Positions 46,001 through 58,130 of a stretch of 64,000 bases of DNA are shown here, piece after piece. Origin of the DNA: Macrostomum hystrix (taxonomy: Eukaryota; Animalia; Platyhelminthes); NCBI GenBank assembly GCA_950097015.1, contig CATNEN010000032.1:868001-932000 (forward strand), read 5' to 3'. The first letter of the stretch is position 1. Every line of letters begins with the position of its first letter. The position numbers and the translations under genes were made by a program. Below the pieces are notes generated by a model, which saw only the letters and a list, made by a program, of their open reading frames with translations, did not search any database and had not been told where the DNA came from.

Positions 46001-47301
46001 CATCCCGTACTGTTAGACACCGTCCCATACTGTTAGACACCATCCCATACTGTTAGACACCATCCCATACTGTTAGACACCATCCCATACTGTTAGACAC
46101 CATTCCATACTGTTAGACACCGTCCCATACTGTTAGACACCATCCCACACTGTTAGAAACCATCCCATACTGTTAGACACCATCCCGTACTGTTAGACAC
46201 CATCCCGTACTGTTAGACACCATCCACACTGTTAGACACCATCCCATACTGCTAGACACCATCCCGTACTGTTAGACACCATCCCGTACTGTTAGACACC
46301 ATCCCACACTGTTAGACACCATCCCATACTGTTAGAGACCATCCCAGACTGTTAGAGACCATCACAGACTGTTAGACGCCACCCGACACTGTTAGACACT
46401 AACCACATCCAGTATCTGGGTGAGGCTGAGGTTCATGTACAGCAGTACAGGTTGGCTGTAGTTGGTGACGGGCCGCACAGACGCCCTGTAGTTTGTCCGG
46501 TTCATGAGGTCCTTGAAGAGCTTCTTCGCTCCTTCAATGCTGGACACTTCTGCAAACAAGTGAAAGGACTGGGGTAAGCGGAGTTGATTGCACTGTCTGG
46601 CAGTTCAGAGCGTGTCCTCAGGCCCCGGAAGCTCCGCGGTTTCCATTCAATTCAAAGTCGCCGGGCCGATTAATTCGGCACCAGAAGAAGAAAATGAGGA
46701 AAACTAAGAAAAGAGATAGGAGCTAGGGACCTCGATATGAGGCAGATAAGAATAGAATAGAAAGGCCTGATCAATGAACGAAAATCCCTTCAGGGCAATG
46801 ACTGGGACCAATTTCCCAATCTATTGAGAACTAGGGCACTGGGGATAATTATGTCAGTAAAAATTGCTTAAAATATAAATCCTGAAGACCAGAGAGAAAT
46901 AAATGGTATTACCTTGTCAGATTCAAAGCCTGCTTAAAAAGCTCGGGTTAACCATGTATAGACTCTTGTGTCCCTTACCATCTATGGACTCTTGTGTCCC
47001 TTACCATCTATAGACTCTTGTGTCCCTTACCATCTATGGACTCTTGTGTCCTCCAAACTATCTATGGACTCTTGTGTCCTCCAAACCATCTATGGACTCT
47101 TGTCTTCGAACTGATTAATCAGAACTCTTTATCCTTAGTGCTAAGCTTTCTATAGATATTAAGATAGTTCTGCCTGTACTGCACATCCATTCACAAAATA
47201 GCGCAGAGGTATGTCAATGGTGCCTCTAAAATCTTCATACCGGTAGTGAACGCTGCAATAAGGCAGACCGCAGCAAGCCAAGACGACCCGGATGCAGTCA
47301 T
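33890..47301 (-). CDS. Nicotinic acetylcholine receptor alpha subunit (cation-type Cys-loop), 518 aa, 8 exons
   Basis: Exons 47241-47301, 46404-46549, 41267-41421, 39979-40298, 35938-36407, 34495-34701, 34100-34178, 33890-34008 total 1557 nt in frame. Signal peptide, Cys-loop [15 protein letters not shown], loop C YKCCPEPY (vicinal Cys = alpha), GEK before M2, and M4 [14 protein letters not shown]. Confidence 0.95.
34100..34178 (-). CDS. nAChR M4 exon
   Basis: [20 protein letters not shown]. Confidence 0.95.
34495..34701 (-). CDS. nAChR MA-helix exon
   Basis: [20 protein letters not shown]. Confidence 0.9.
35036..35160 (-). mobile_element. SINE fragment (same family)
   Basis: Reverse complement reads tcgattctgcggcgaggccacattc...acagtgaaagtgtacactgcctgacaatgagaaag...gtgtgctcagg. 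Confidence 0.7.
35703..35930. repeat. Minisatellite, 20-bp unit TCTCAGAATCTCATGCGTCA
   Basis: ~11 copies beginning 8 nt from a donor. Confidence 0.9.
35938..36407 (-). CDS. nAChR loop C + M1-M3 exon
   Basis: [32 protein letters not shown]3. Confidence 0.95.
36600..37695. repeat. Minisatellite, 31-32-bp unit CCCTGAACCTGAGAAACCCAAGAATTCCATGA
   Basis: ~33 copies. Confidence 0.95.
38148..38841. repeat. Minisatellite, 50-bp unit GTCCCAACACACAGAATATTCGCCTAGCAACACACCAAGCCTTCCGGATA
   Basis: ~14 almost identical copies. Confidence 0.95.
39325..39870. repeat. Minisatellite, 35-bp unit with palindrome TCAGGATCCTGA
   Basis: ~15 copies. Confidence 0.93.
39979..40298 (-). CDS. nAChR Cys-loop exon
   Basis: [29 protein letters not shown]. 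Confidence 0.95.
40345..40925. repeat. Minisatellite, 18-bp unit CTCATGCTAACCTCACGT
   Basis: ~30 copies, degenerating rightwards. Confidence 0.93.
41267..41421 (-). CDS. nAChR ligand-binding-domain exon
   Basis: [23 protein letters not shown]. Confidence 0.95.
41728..42042 (-). mobile_element. SINE, 5'-truncated copy (same family)
   Basis: Reverse complement aligns to 27670-27980 from cgcaccaaggtc to cagccctcct. Confidence 0.85.
43312..46399. repeat. Minisatellite, 20-bp unit TGTTAGACACCATCCCACAC
   Basis: ~155 copies with higher-order duplication, beginning at the donor at 46403. Confidence 0.95.
46404..46549 (-). CDS. nAChR exon 2
   Basis: [26 protein letters not shown]; absent from the ORF track. 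Confidence 0.92.
46962..47101. repeat. Minisatellite, 26-bp unit TATGGACTCTTGTGTCCCTTACCATC
   Basis: ~5 copies. Confidence 0.85.
47241..47301 (-). CDS. nAChR signal-peptide exon
   Basis: [21 protein letters not shown]/gtatga phase-1 donor joining exon 2 in frame. Confidence 0.75.
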
Positions 47302-48187
47302 GAGCCTTCCAAGACTGTCAAAATTCTAGCTTCTTCTGAACTGTCGGCGAACTGACCACGAAGGGCCTCTGGGGGTGCAGGGAGCGAGTGGGTAGAGAAA
47401 ACACCGAGGCCAGCTGAGAGACTTAGATGCTCTTGGTGACTGCGGCAGCTGGCTTCAATCCTGTCCCGTGTTGGCATGCCAGACTTCTTCCATTCAGCAG
47501 CGGGCCCAGCCATTAGTAACGAGGCTAATAGCTTAGGTGGGTCCGAGGCGCGAGGTGGGACAACTTGCAGCGTCGAGGGGGAAACACACAATTCGTCGAG
47601 CCGCTTCGGAACCAACTGAGCGGACCGGGTTTGGGGCGGGGGTGGTGGACACCTTAGGGACACGCGCCCTGGGAGATATCGAAGGAAGCGTCCTCACAAA
47701 ACTCTGCCCCCCAAACTCGCTTGGTTTGACTTGAATTCAAAGATCCCCGCCGTCGCATTGGCTGCGATCCCTTTCGCTTCACGGACCGCATAGGCTCTGT
47801 CTCTATTTAGTCTCTCCCCTGTCACAGCCAGCAACTGGCCTCTCCGCGTCACTTGTTCCCCACCGCAAATGCAATTAAATGGGAATTCAGTTTGTCGCTC
47901 AGCGGAGCTCAAACCCCCCCCACCTCCCGGACTGTCTCGGGCAGTCGTTCGTTTAAAAGGAGAAGCAGAAAGTGAGGAGACACTGCTCCCCACTCTGAAA
48001 TTCGGGACTCCGCGAGCCATAAGGAGCCGGGCGTCTCTTAAACCTAAAGAGCGGCTGGCACTCGGTCTCAAAAATGCAATCAATCAATAGAGTTTTTGCG
48101 GGCTGTTGAGCAGTACGGAGTAGTTCAGAGTCTCTCAAATTCTTACTGACCCACTCAACTTCTAAATAGAAGGGGATATTTACTCAC

Positions 48188-48217
48188 GCCGTGGGACTTC
48201 AGTTCAGTTCCCGTCTC
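48188..48217 (-). other. Putative 30-nt 5' UTR micro-exon of the nAChR gene
   Basis: ctgatcag acceptor with upstream cttaac/ctaa branch-like motif; GC/gtgagt donor. Confidence 0.4.
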
Positions 48218-48411
48218 CTGATCAGATTTTTAGTTAAGCTTAAAATTAACTTAGAAGCAATTTGAGAACTTTCCATGTGCCTTCAAAGTGCCTTTTGAAA
48301 AGAATTTGTAAGCCTAGTTATGGTCCCGTCCTGAACCCACCGTGAGAATCACTGAGCAACCACACCAACTTTTGTCTTATCTGAAAGATTCTCATATTCA
48401 GGAATCTCACG

Positions 48412-50770
48412 ATTTGAAACTACACCATCAATAATCTCACCCTTGAAATCTACCATCAATAATCTCACCCTCAAAATCTACCATCAATAATCTCACCCTT
48501 GGAATCTACCATCAATAATCTTACCCTTGGAATCCACCATCAATAATCTCACCCTTGGAATCTACCATCAATAATCTCACCCTTGGAATCCACCATCAAT
48601 AATCTCACCCTTGGAATCTACCATGAATAATCTCACCCTCAAAATCGACCATCAATATTTTCTCACCCTTGGAATCTACCATCAATAATCTCACCCTTGG
48701 AATCCACCATCAATAATCTCAGCCTTGGGATCTACCATCAATAATCTCACCCTTGGAATCTACCATTAATAATCTCACCCTTGGAATCTACCATCAATAA
48801 TCTCACCCTTGGAATCTACCATCAATAATCTCACCCTTGGAATCTACCATCAATAATCTCACCCTGGAATCTACCATCAATAATTTCACCCTTGGAATCT
48901 ACCATCAATAATCTCAGCCTTGGAATCTACCATCAATAATCTCAGCCTTGGAATCTACCATCAATAATCTCACCCTTGAAATCTACCATCAATAATCTCA
49001 CCCTTGGAATCTACCATCAATAATCTCACCCTTGGAATCCACCATCAATAATCTCACCCTTGGAATCTACCATGAATAATCTCACCCTCAAAATCGACCA
49101 TCAATATTTTCTCACCCTTGGAATCTACCATCAATAATCTCACCCTTGGAATCCACCATCAATAATCTCAGCCTTGGGATCTACCATCAATAATCTCACC
49201 CTTGGAATCTACCATTAATAATCTCACCCTTGGAATCTACCATCAATAATCTCACCCTTGGAATCTACCATCAATAATCTCACCCTTGGAATCTACCATC
49301 AATAATCTCACCCTGGAATCTACCATCAATAATTTCACCCTTGGAATCTACCATCAATAATCTCAGCCTTGGAATCTACCATCAATAATCTCAGCCTTGG
49401 AATCTACCATCAATAATCTCACCCTTGAAATCTACCATCAATAATCTCACCCTTGGAATCTACCATCAATAATCTCACCCTTGGAATCCACCATCAATAA
49501 TCTCACCCTTGGAATCTACCATCAATAATCTCACCCTTGGAATCCACCATCAATAATCTCATCCTTGGAATATACCATCAATAATCTCACCCATGGAATC
49601 TACCATCAATAATCTCAGCCTTGGAATCTACCATCAATAATCTCACCCTTATAATCTACCATTAATAATCTCACCCTTGGAATCTACCATCAATAATCTC
49701 ACCCTTGGAATCTACCATCAATAATCTCACCCATGGAATCTACCATCAATAATCTCAGCCTTGGAATCTACCATCAATAATCTCACCCTTGGAATCTACC
49801 ATCAATAATCTCACCCATGGAATCTACCATCAATAATCTCACCCTTGGAATCTACCATCAATAATCTCACCCTTGGAATCTACCATCAATAATCTCACCC
49901 TTGGAATCTACCATCAATAATCTCAGCCTTGGAATCTACCATCAATAATCTCAGCCTTGGAATCTACCATCAATAATCTCACCCTTGGAATCTACCATCA
50001 ATAATCTCACCCATGGAATCTACCATCAATAATCTCAGCCTTGGAATCTACCATCAATAATCTCACCCTTGGAATCTACCATCAATAATCTCACCCTTGA
50101 AATCTACCATCAATAATCTCACCCTTGGAATCTACCATCAATAATCTCACCCTTGGAATCCACCATCAATAATCTCACCCTTGGAATCTACCATCAATAA
50201 TCTCACCCTCAAAATCGACCATCAATAATCTCACCCTTGGAATCTACCATCAATAATCTCACCCTCAAAATCGACCATCAATAATCTCAGCCTTGGAATC
50301 GACCATCAATAATCTCAGCCTTGGAATCCACCATCAATAATCTCAGCCTTGGAATCCACCATCAATAATCTCAGCCTTGGAATCTACCATCAATAATCTC
50401 ACCCTCAAAATCGACCATCAATAATCTCACCCTTGGAATCTACCATCAATAATCTCACCCTCAAAATCGACCATCAATAATCTCAGCCTTGGAATCCACC
50501 ATCAATAATCTCAGCCTTGGAATCTACCATCAATAATCTCACCCTCAAAATCTACCATCAATAATCTCACCCTTGGAATCTACCATTAATAATCTCACCC
50601 TTAGAATCTACCATCAATAATCTCAGCCTTGGAATCTACCATCAATAATCTCACCCTTGGAATCTACCATCAATAATCTCACCCTTGGAATCTACCATCA
50701 ATAATCTCACCCTGGAATCTACCATCAATAATCTCAGCCTTGGAATCTACCATCAATAATCTCAGCCTTG
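48412..50770. repeat. Minisatellite, 28-bp unit CCATCAATAATCTCACCCTTGGAATCTA
   Basis: ~84 copies. Confidence 0.95.
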
Positions 50771-53700
50771 GAATCTACCATCAATGATCTCACTATTGTA
50801 ACCCACCATCAATAATCTCACAATTGTAACCAATTATCAATAATCTCACAATTGTAACCCTTTATCAATAATCTCACAATTGTAACCCATCATCAATGAT
50901 CTCACCATTGTAACCCATCATCAATGATCTCACCATTGTAACCCATCATCAATGATCTCACCATTGTAACCCATTATCAATGATCTCACCATTGTAACCC
51001 ATTATCAATAATCTCACCATTGTAACCCATCATCAATGATCTCACCATTGTAACCCATCATCAATGATCTCACCATTGTAACCCATCATCAATGATCTCA
51101 CCATTGTAGCCAATTATCAATGATCTCACCATTGTAACCCACCATCAATAATCTCACCATTGTAACCCATCATCAATGATCTCACCATTGTAACCCATCA
51201 TCAATGATCTCACCATTGTAGCCAATTATCAATGATCTCACCATTGTAACCCATTATCAATAATCTCACCATTGTAACCCATCATCAATGATCTCACCAT
51301 TGTAACCCATCATCAATGATCTCACCATTGTAACCCATCATCAATGATCTCACCATTGTAGCCAATTATCAATGATCTCACCATTGTAACCCACCATCAA
51401 TAATCTCACCATTGTAACCCATTATCAATGATCTCACCATTGTAGCCAATTATCAATGATCTCACCATTGTAACCCATCATCAATGATCTCACCATTGTA
51501 ACCCATTATCAATGATCTCACCATTGTAACCCATTATCAATAATCTCACCATTGTAACCCATCATCAATGATCTCACCATTGTAACCCATCATCAATGAT
51601 CTCACCATTGTAACCCATCATCAATGATCTCACCATTGTAGCCAATTATCAATGATCTCACCATTGTAACCCACCATCAATAATCTCACCATTGTAACCC
51701 ATCATCAATGATCTCACCATTGTAACCCATTATCAATAATCTCACCATTGTAACCCATCATCAATGATCTCACCATTGTAACCCATCATCAATGATCTCA
51801 CCATTGTAGCCAATTATCAATGATCTCACCATTGTAACCCACCATCAATAATCTCACCATTGTAACCCATTATCAATGATCTCACCATTGTAGCCAATTA
51901 TCAATGATCTCACCATTGTAACCCATCATCAATGATCTCACCATTGTAACCCATCATCAATGATCTCACCATTGTAACCCATCATCAATGATCTCACCAT
52001 TGTAACCCATCATCAATGATCTCACCATTGTAACCCATCATCAATAATCTCACCATTGTAACCCATCATCAATGATCTCACCATTGTAACCCATCATCAA
52101 TGATCTCACCATTGTAACCCATCATCAATGATCTCACCATTGTAACCTATCATCAATAATCTCACCATTGTAACCCATCATCAATGATCTCACCATTGTA
52201 ACCCATCATCAATGATCTCACCATTGTAACCCATCATCAATGATCTCACCATTGTAACCCATCATCAATGATCTCACCATTGTAACCCATCATCAATGAT
52301 CTCACCATTGTAACCCATCATCAATGATCTCACCATTGTAACCCATCATCAATGATCTCACCATTGTAACCCATCATCAATGATCTCACCATTGTAACCC
52401 ATCATCAATGATCTCACCATTGTAACCCATCATCAATGATCTCACCATTGTAACCCATCATCAATGATCTCACCATTGTAACCCATCATCAATGATCTCA
52501 CCATTGTAACCCATCATCAATGATCTCACCATTGTAACCCATCATCAATGATCTCACCATTGTAACCCATCATCAATGATCTCACCATTGTAACCCATCA
52601 TCAATGATCTCACCATTGTAACCCATCATCAATGATCTCACCATTGTAACCCATCATCAATGATCTCACCATTGTAACCCATCATCAATGATCTCACCAT
52701 TGTAACCCATCATCAATGATCTCACCATTGTAACCCATCATCAATGATCTCACCATTGTAACCCATCATCAATAATCTCACCATTGTAACCCATCATCAA
52801 TGATCTCACCATTATAACCAATTATCAATAATCTCACCACTGTAACCCATCATCAATGATCTCACCATTGTAACCCATCATCAATGATCTCACCATTGTA
52901 ACCCATCATCGATAATCTCACCATTGTAACCCATCATCGATAATCTCACCATTGTAACCCATCATCGATAATCTCACCATTGTAACCCATCATCAATCAT
53001 CTCACCATTGTAACCCATCATCGATAATCTCACCATTGTAACGCATCATCAATGATCTCACCATTGTAACCCATCATCGATAATCTCACCATTGTAACGC
53101 ATCATCAATGATCTCACCATTGTAACCAATTATCAATGATCTCACCATTATAACCAATTATCAATGATCTCACCATTGTAACCCATCATCAATGATCTCA
53201 CCATTGTAACCCATCATCAATGATCTCACCATTATAACCAATTATCAATGATCTCACCATTGTAACGCATCATCAATGATCTCACCATTATAACCAATTA
53301 TCAATGATCTCACCATTGTAACGCATCATCAATGATCTCACCATTGTAACCCATCATCAATGATCTCACCATTGTAACCCATCATCAATGATCTCACCAT
53401 TGTAACCCATCATCGATAATCTCACCATTGTAACGCATCATCAATGATCTCACCATTGTAACCTATCATCAATGATCTCACCATTATAACCAATTATCAA
53501 TAATCTCACCACTGTAACCAATCATCAATCATCTCACCATTGTAACCCATCATCGATAATCTCACCATTGTAACGCATCATCAATGATCTCACCATTGTA
53601 ACCCATCATCGATAATCTCACCATTGTAACGCATCATCAATGATCTCACCATTGTAACCAATTATCAATGATCTCACCATTATAACCAATTATCAATGAT

Positions 53701-53932
53701 CTCACCATTGTAACCCATCATCAATGATCTCACCAATGTAACCCATCATCAATGATCTCACCAATGTAACCCATCATCAATGATCTCACCATTATAACCA
53801 ATTATCAATGATCTCACCATTGTAACGCATCATCAATGATCTCACCATTATAACCAATTATCAATGATCTCACCATTGTAACGCATCATCAATGATCTCA
53901 CCATTGTAACCAATTATCAATGATCTCACCAT
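50771..53932. repeat. Minisatellite, 28-bp unit CCATCATCAATGATCTCACCATTGTAAC
   Basis: ~110 copies, contiguous with and related to the previous array. Confidence 0.95.
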
Positions 53933-54944
53933 CTTGCATGGAATTCGGTTATGAGGGATTGAAGAAAATCAATAGGATTGTCTGCATAGAATTTATTGCA
54001 GTTTTTTCGGTTCCTAGTCTTGTTTTTCTCCTGTCCTTAAATGTCATGGGTCAGTTCAGAGGACCGAAAATGTGTAGAATCGCACGGCCCTACTAAAGTG
54101 ACTGACTAATTGCTCATGTCGACTGGCCATCGATTTCCTGCTGAAACTGGCAGTGTCTGGGGGGAAAGGGAAAACCACTCAGACATACTACTGCAAAATG
54201 AAGGAAAATTTATTTGCCACTGGACACTCCAATGCGCCTGGTCACTGATCAGTCATTTTTGGGAGAGCAACGAGAGAAGCCCTGCTCAAACTGAGGGGAG
54301 TTAGGGACTGAAGCATACGTTTTGCTGGGGAGCCTGTAGAGATCTCGCTAAATTTCAAGCTAGCACAAAATCGACCTATTGGGGATTAGAAAGTGCAGCA
54401 ACACAGAGGCTGTAAAAAGTTCATTCCAACGAACGAACGAACCAAGCGAACAACTATAACGACAATTACAATGCAGGAAAATTTTCGGCCATGACTTAGG
54501 GACTGCTTTCTTGCTTCGGGGCCATGCGTTCCAGCGCATAGAAGGATATGACAGGCCAAGATGCTGCCTGAATGATAAATTTGTCTGCCTGTCGCCGGCT
54601 GCTGAAGTTGGCCGTCCATGCATTGTAATGCCCATGCATTCTAGCACGAGTTTGCGTTTGTCGCCGCGCAGAGGAAGATGCTGGTGTTGTCAAGCCCAAC
54701 GACTGTGTGAGGCCGGATCGTAAACACATGAAAGAAAATTATGGACTAGCCAGTGCTACTTTGGGTTCCTGCCCGATGATGCATCTACCTCGATTGTATC
54801 GAGTGCAATTTAGCAGACTTTGATTCGATTCAATCCACTGCCTAGCAACCACACTTTACAGTATTTAGAGCAATTTCCTGGATATCATTTCCTGGGTTTC
54901 ATATTAGGGATTTCTTAGAACTCATTATAGTTAAAGTCATTATA

Positions 54945-56855
54945 GTTATTTCCTGGGTTTCATTAGAGTGATTTCCTTGGTTTCATTAGAGTGATTTCCT
55001 TGGTTTCATTAGAGTGATTTCCTTGGTTTCATTAGTGTGATTTCCTTGGTTTCATTACTGTGATTTCCTTGGTTTCATTAGAGTGATTTCCTTGGTTTCA
55101 TTAGTGTGATTTCCTTGGTTTCATTACTGTGATTTCCTTGGTTTCATTACTGTGATTTCCTTGGTTTCATTACTGTGATTTCCTTGGTTTCATTAGAGTG
55201 ATTTCCTTGGTTTCATTAGAGTGATTTCCTTGGTTTCATTAGAGTGATTTCCTTGGTTTCATTAGAGTGATTTCCTTGGTTTCATTAGAGTGATTTCCTT
55301 GGTTTCATTAGAGTGATTTCCCGAGTTTCATTAGTGTGATTTCCCGAGTTTCATTAGAGTGATTTCCTTGGTTTAATTAGAGTGATTTCCCGAGTTTCAT
55401 TAGTGTGATTTCCCGGGTTTCATTAGAGTGATTTCCCGAGTTTCATTAGAGTGATTTCCTTGGTTTCATTAGAGTGATTTCCTGGGTTTCATTAGAGTGA
55501 TTTCCTGGGTTTCATTAGTGTGATTTCCTTGGTTTCATTAGTGTGATTTCCTGGGTTTCATTAGAGTGATTTCCTTGGTTTCATTAGAGTGATTTCCTTG
55601 GTTTCATTAGAGTGATTTCCTTGGTTTCATTAGTGTTATTTCCTTGGTTTCATTAGAGTGATTTCCTTGGTTTCATTAGAGTGATTTCCTTGGTTTCATT
55701 AGTGTTATTTCCTTGGTTTCATTAGAGTGATTTCCCGAGTTTCATTAGTGTGATTTCCCGAGTTTCATTAGCGTGATTTCCCGAGTTTCATTAGAGTGAT
55801 TTCCTTGGTTTAATTAGAGTGATTTCCCGAGTTTCATTAGTGTGATTTCCCGGGTTTCATTAGAGTGATTTCCTTGGTTTCATTAGAGTGATTTCCTGGG
55901 TTTCATTAGAGTGATTTCCTGGGTTTCATTAGTGTGATTTCCTTGGTTTCATTAGTGTGATTTCCTGGGTTTCATTAGAGTGATTTCCTTGGTTTCATTA
56001 GAGTGATTTCCTTGGTTTCATTAGAGTGATTTCCTTGGTTTCATTAGTGTTATTTCCTTGGTTTCATTAGAGTGATTTCCTTGGTTTCATTAGAGTGATT
56101 TCCTTGGTTTCATTAGTGTTATTTCCTTGGTTTCATTAGAGTGATTTCCTTGGTTGCATTAGAGTGATTTCCCGAGTTTCATTAGCGTGATTTCCCGAGT
56201 TTCATTAGAGTGATTTCCTTGGTTTAATTAGAGTGATTTCCCGAGTTTCATTAGTGTGATTTCCCGGGTTTCATTAGAGTGATTTCCCGAGTTTCATTAG
56301 AGTGATTTCCTTGGTTTCATTAGAGTGATTTCCTGGGTTTCATTAGAGTGATTTCCTTGGTTTCATTAGTGTGATTTCCTTGGTTTCATTACTGTGATTT
56401 CCTTGGTTTCATTAGAGTGATTTCCTTGGTTTCATTAGTGTGATTTCCTTGGTTTCATTACTGTGATTTCCTTGGTTTCATTAGAGTGATTTCCTTGGTT
56501 TCATTAGTGTGATTTCCTTGGTTTCATTAGAGTGATTTCCTTGGTTTCATTAGAGTGATTTCCCGAGTTTCATTAGTGTGATTTCCCGAGTTTCATTAGA
56601 GTGATTTCCTTGGTTTCATTAGAGTGATTTCCCGAGTTTCATTAGAGTGATTTCCCGAGTTTCATTAGTGTGATTTCCCGAGTTTCATTAGAGTGATTTC
56701 CCGAGTTTCATTAGAGTGATTTCCTTGGTTTCATTAGAGTGATTTCCTGGGTTTCATTAGAGTGATTTCCTGGGTTTCATTAGTGTGATTTCCTTGGTTT
56801 CATTAGTGTGATTTCCTGGGTTTCATTAGAGTGATTTCCTGGGTTTCATTAGAGT
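54945..56855. repeat. Minisatellite, 23-bp unit GATTTCCTTGGTTTCATTAGAGT
   Basis: ~80 copies. Confidence 0.95.
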
Positions 56856-57294
56856 GCGTGTTTTTCCCAAGCATCCTTAGTGAATATCCGAGTATATCTT
56901 GTTCACATTTGAGTAATAATTGTAGCAGTAAATTGTCAGATCGAGTGACAAAAACTGCATTTTCTCTGGAAGATGTCGTCCAATTCAATTTTCAGAGCGG
57001 CACATGCAATGCAAGTCTTGTGCCTGACTTTCGCAATACGACTGTATCGAAAAGTACTCTGTTTAACTGCCTGGAAAACACACCCGATACTTCTTGTGTG
57101 TATCTAACTCTTACCATAACGCGAAACGAATTTTGAAATTCGAACAATAAATTCGACATAAATGAGAGAAGATTTTCGACCTTCCTACTAGCAGTAGAGT
57201 ATAAAAATTCGTTCATTTTCTTTGGGATAATACAGTAAAGCGGAATAATGAGCTTTTCCATTTAGTAATGAATGTCATTCAAATTCTTTTGACT

Positions 57295-58130
57295 CTCAGC
57301 ACTCAGACTCTCACCCCTTGAGTCTAGTCTCTAAGACTCTTACCGTTGGAGTCTCATCTTCATGACTCTCCACCCAACCACTTTAGTTTTATCTCTCACT
57401 CCTGAGACTCTCAACCCTGAGAATCTCAATCCCAAGACTCTCAATCAAAGACTCTCACCCCTTGATTATGGTCTCCAAGACTCTCACCCTGAGACTCTCA
57501 CCCAAGACTTTCACCGCAAAACTCTCACCCAAGACTCTCACCCAAGAATCTCAACCCCAAGACTCTCACCCAAGACTCTCACCCCAAGACTCTCACCCCA
57601 AGACTCTCACCCAGGGACTACTAAATACTTTGAGCGAGTCTTTGAGTGAGTATGACTCTCAGGAGGATGGTAGGATGACTCTCACCCAAGACTCACGCAA
57701 GACTCTCACCCCCAAGACTCTCACTCCCAAGACTCTCACCCAAGACTTTCACCGCAAAACTCTCACCCAAGACTCTCACCCAAGACTCTCACCCAAGACT
57801 CTCACCCAGGGACTACTAAATACTTTGAGCGAGTCTTTGAGTGAGTATGACTCTCAGGAGGATGGTAGGATGACTCTCATGGTAGGATGACTCTCACCCA
57901 AGACTCACGCAAGACTCTCACCCCCAAGACTCTCACCCAAGACACTCAACCCCAAGACTCTCAACCCCAAGACTCTCACCCAAAACTCTCACCCCAAGAC
58001 TCTCAACCCCAAGACTCTCACCCAAAACTCTCACCCCAAGACTCTCACCCCCAAGACTCTCACCCCCAAGACTCTCACCCCCAAGACTCTCACCCAAGAC
58101 TCTCACCCAAAACTCCCACCCAAGACTACA
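57295..58130. repeat. Minisatellite, 13-14-bp unit CAAGACTCTCACCC with a duplicated ~70-bp interruption
   Basis: Visible tandem copies. Confidence 0.9.

Noticed and set aside
47330-48140. GC-rich ORFs of 61-129 aa upstream of the nAChR ATG
   Set aside because: No recognisable domain or consistent splice pattern; more likely UTR or intron sequence.
54360-54730. Possible hAT transposase remnant (RWNAW) or nAChR upstream exon
   Set aside because: The motif is too short and no other transposase features are present; the signal-peptide exon was found at 47241-47301.
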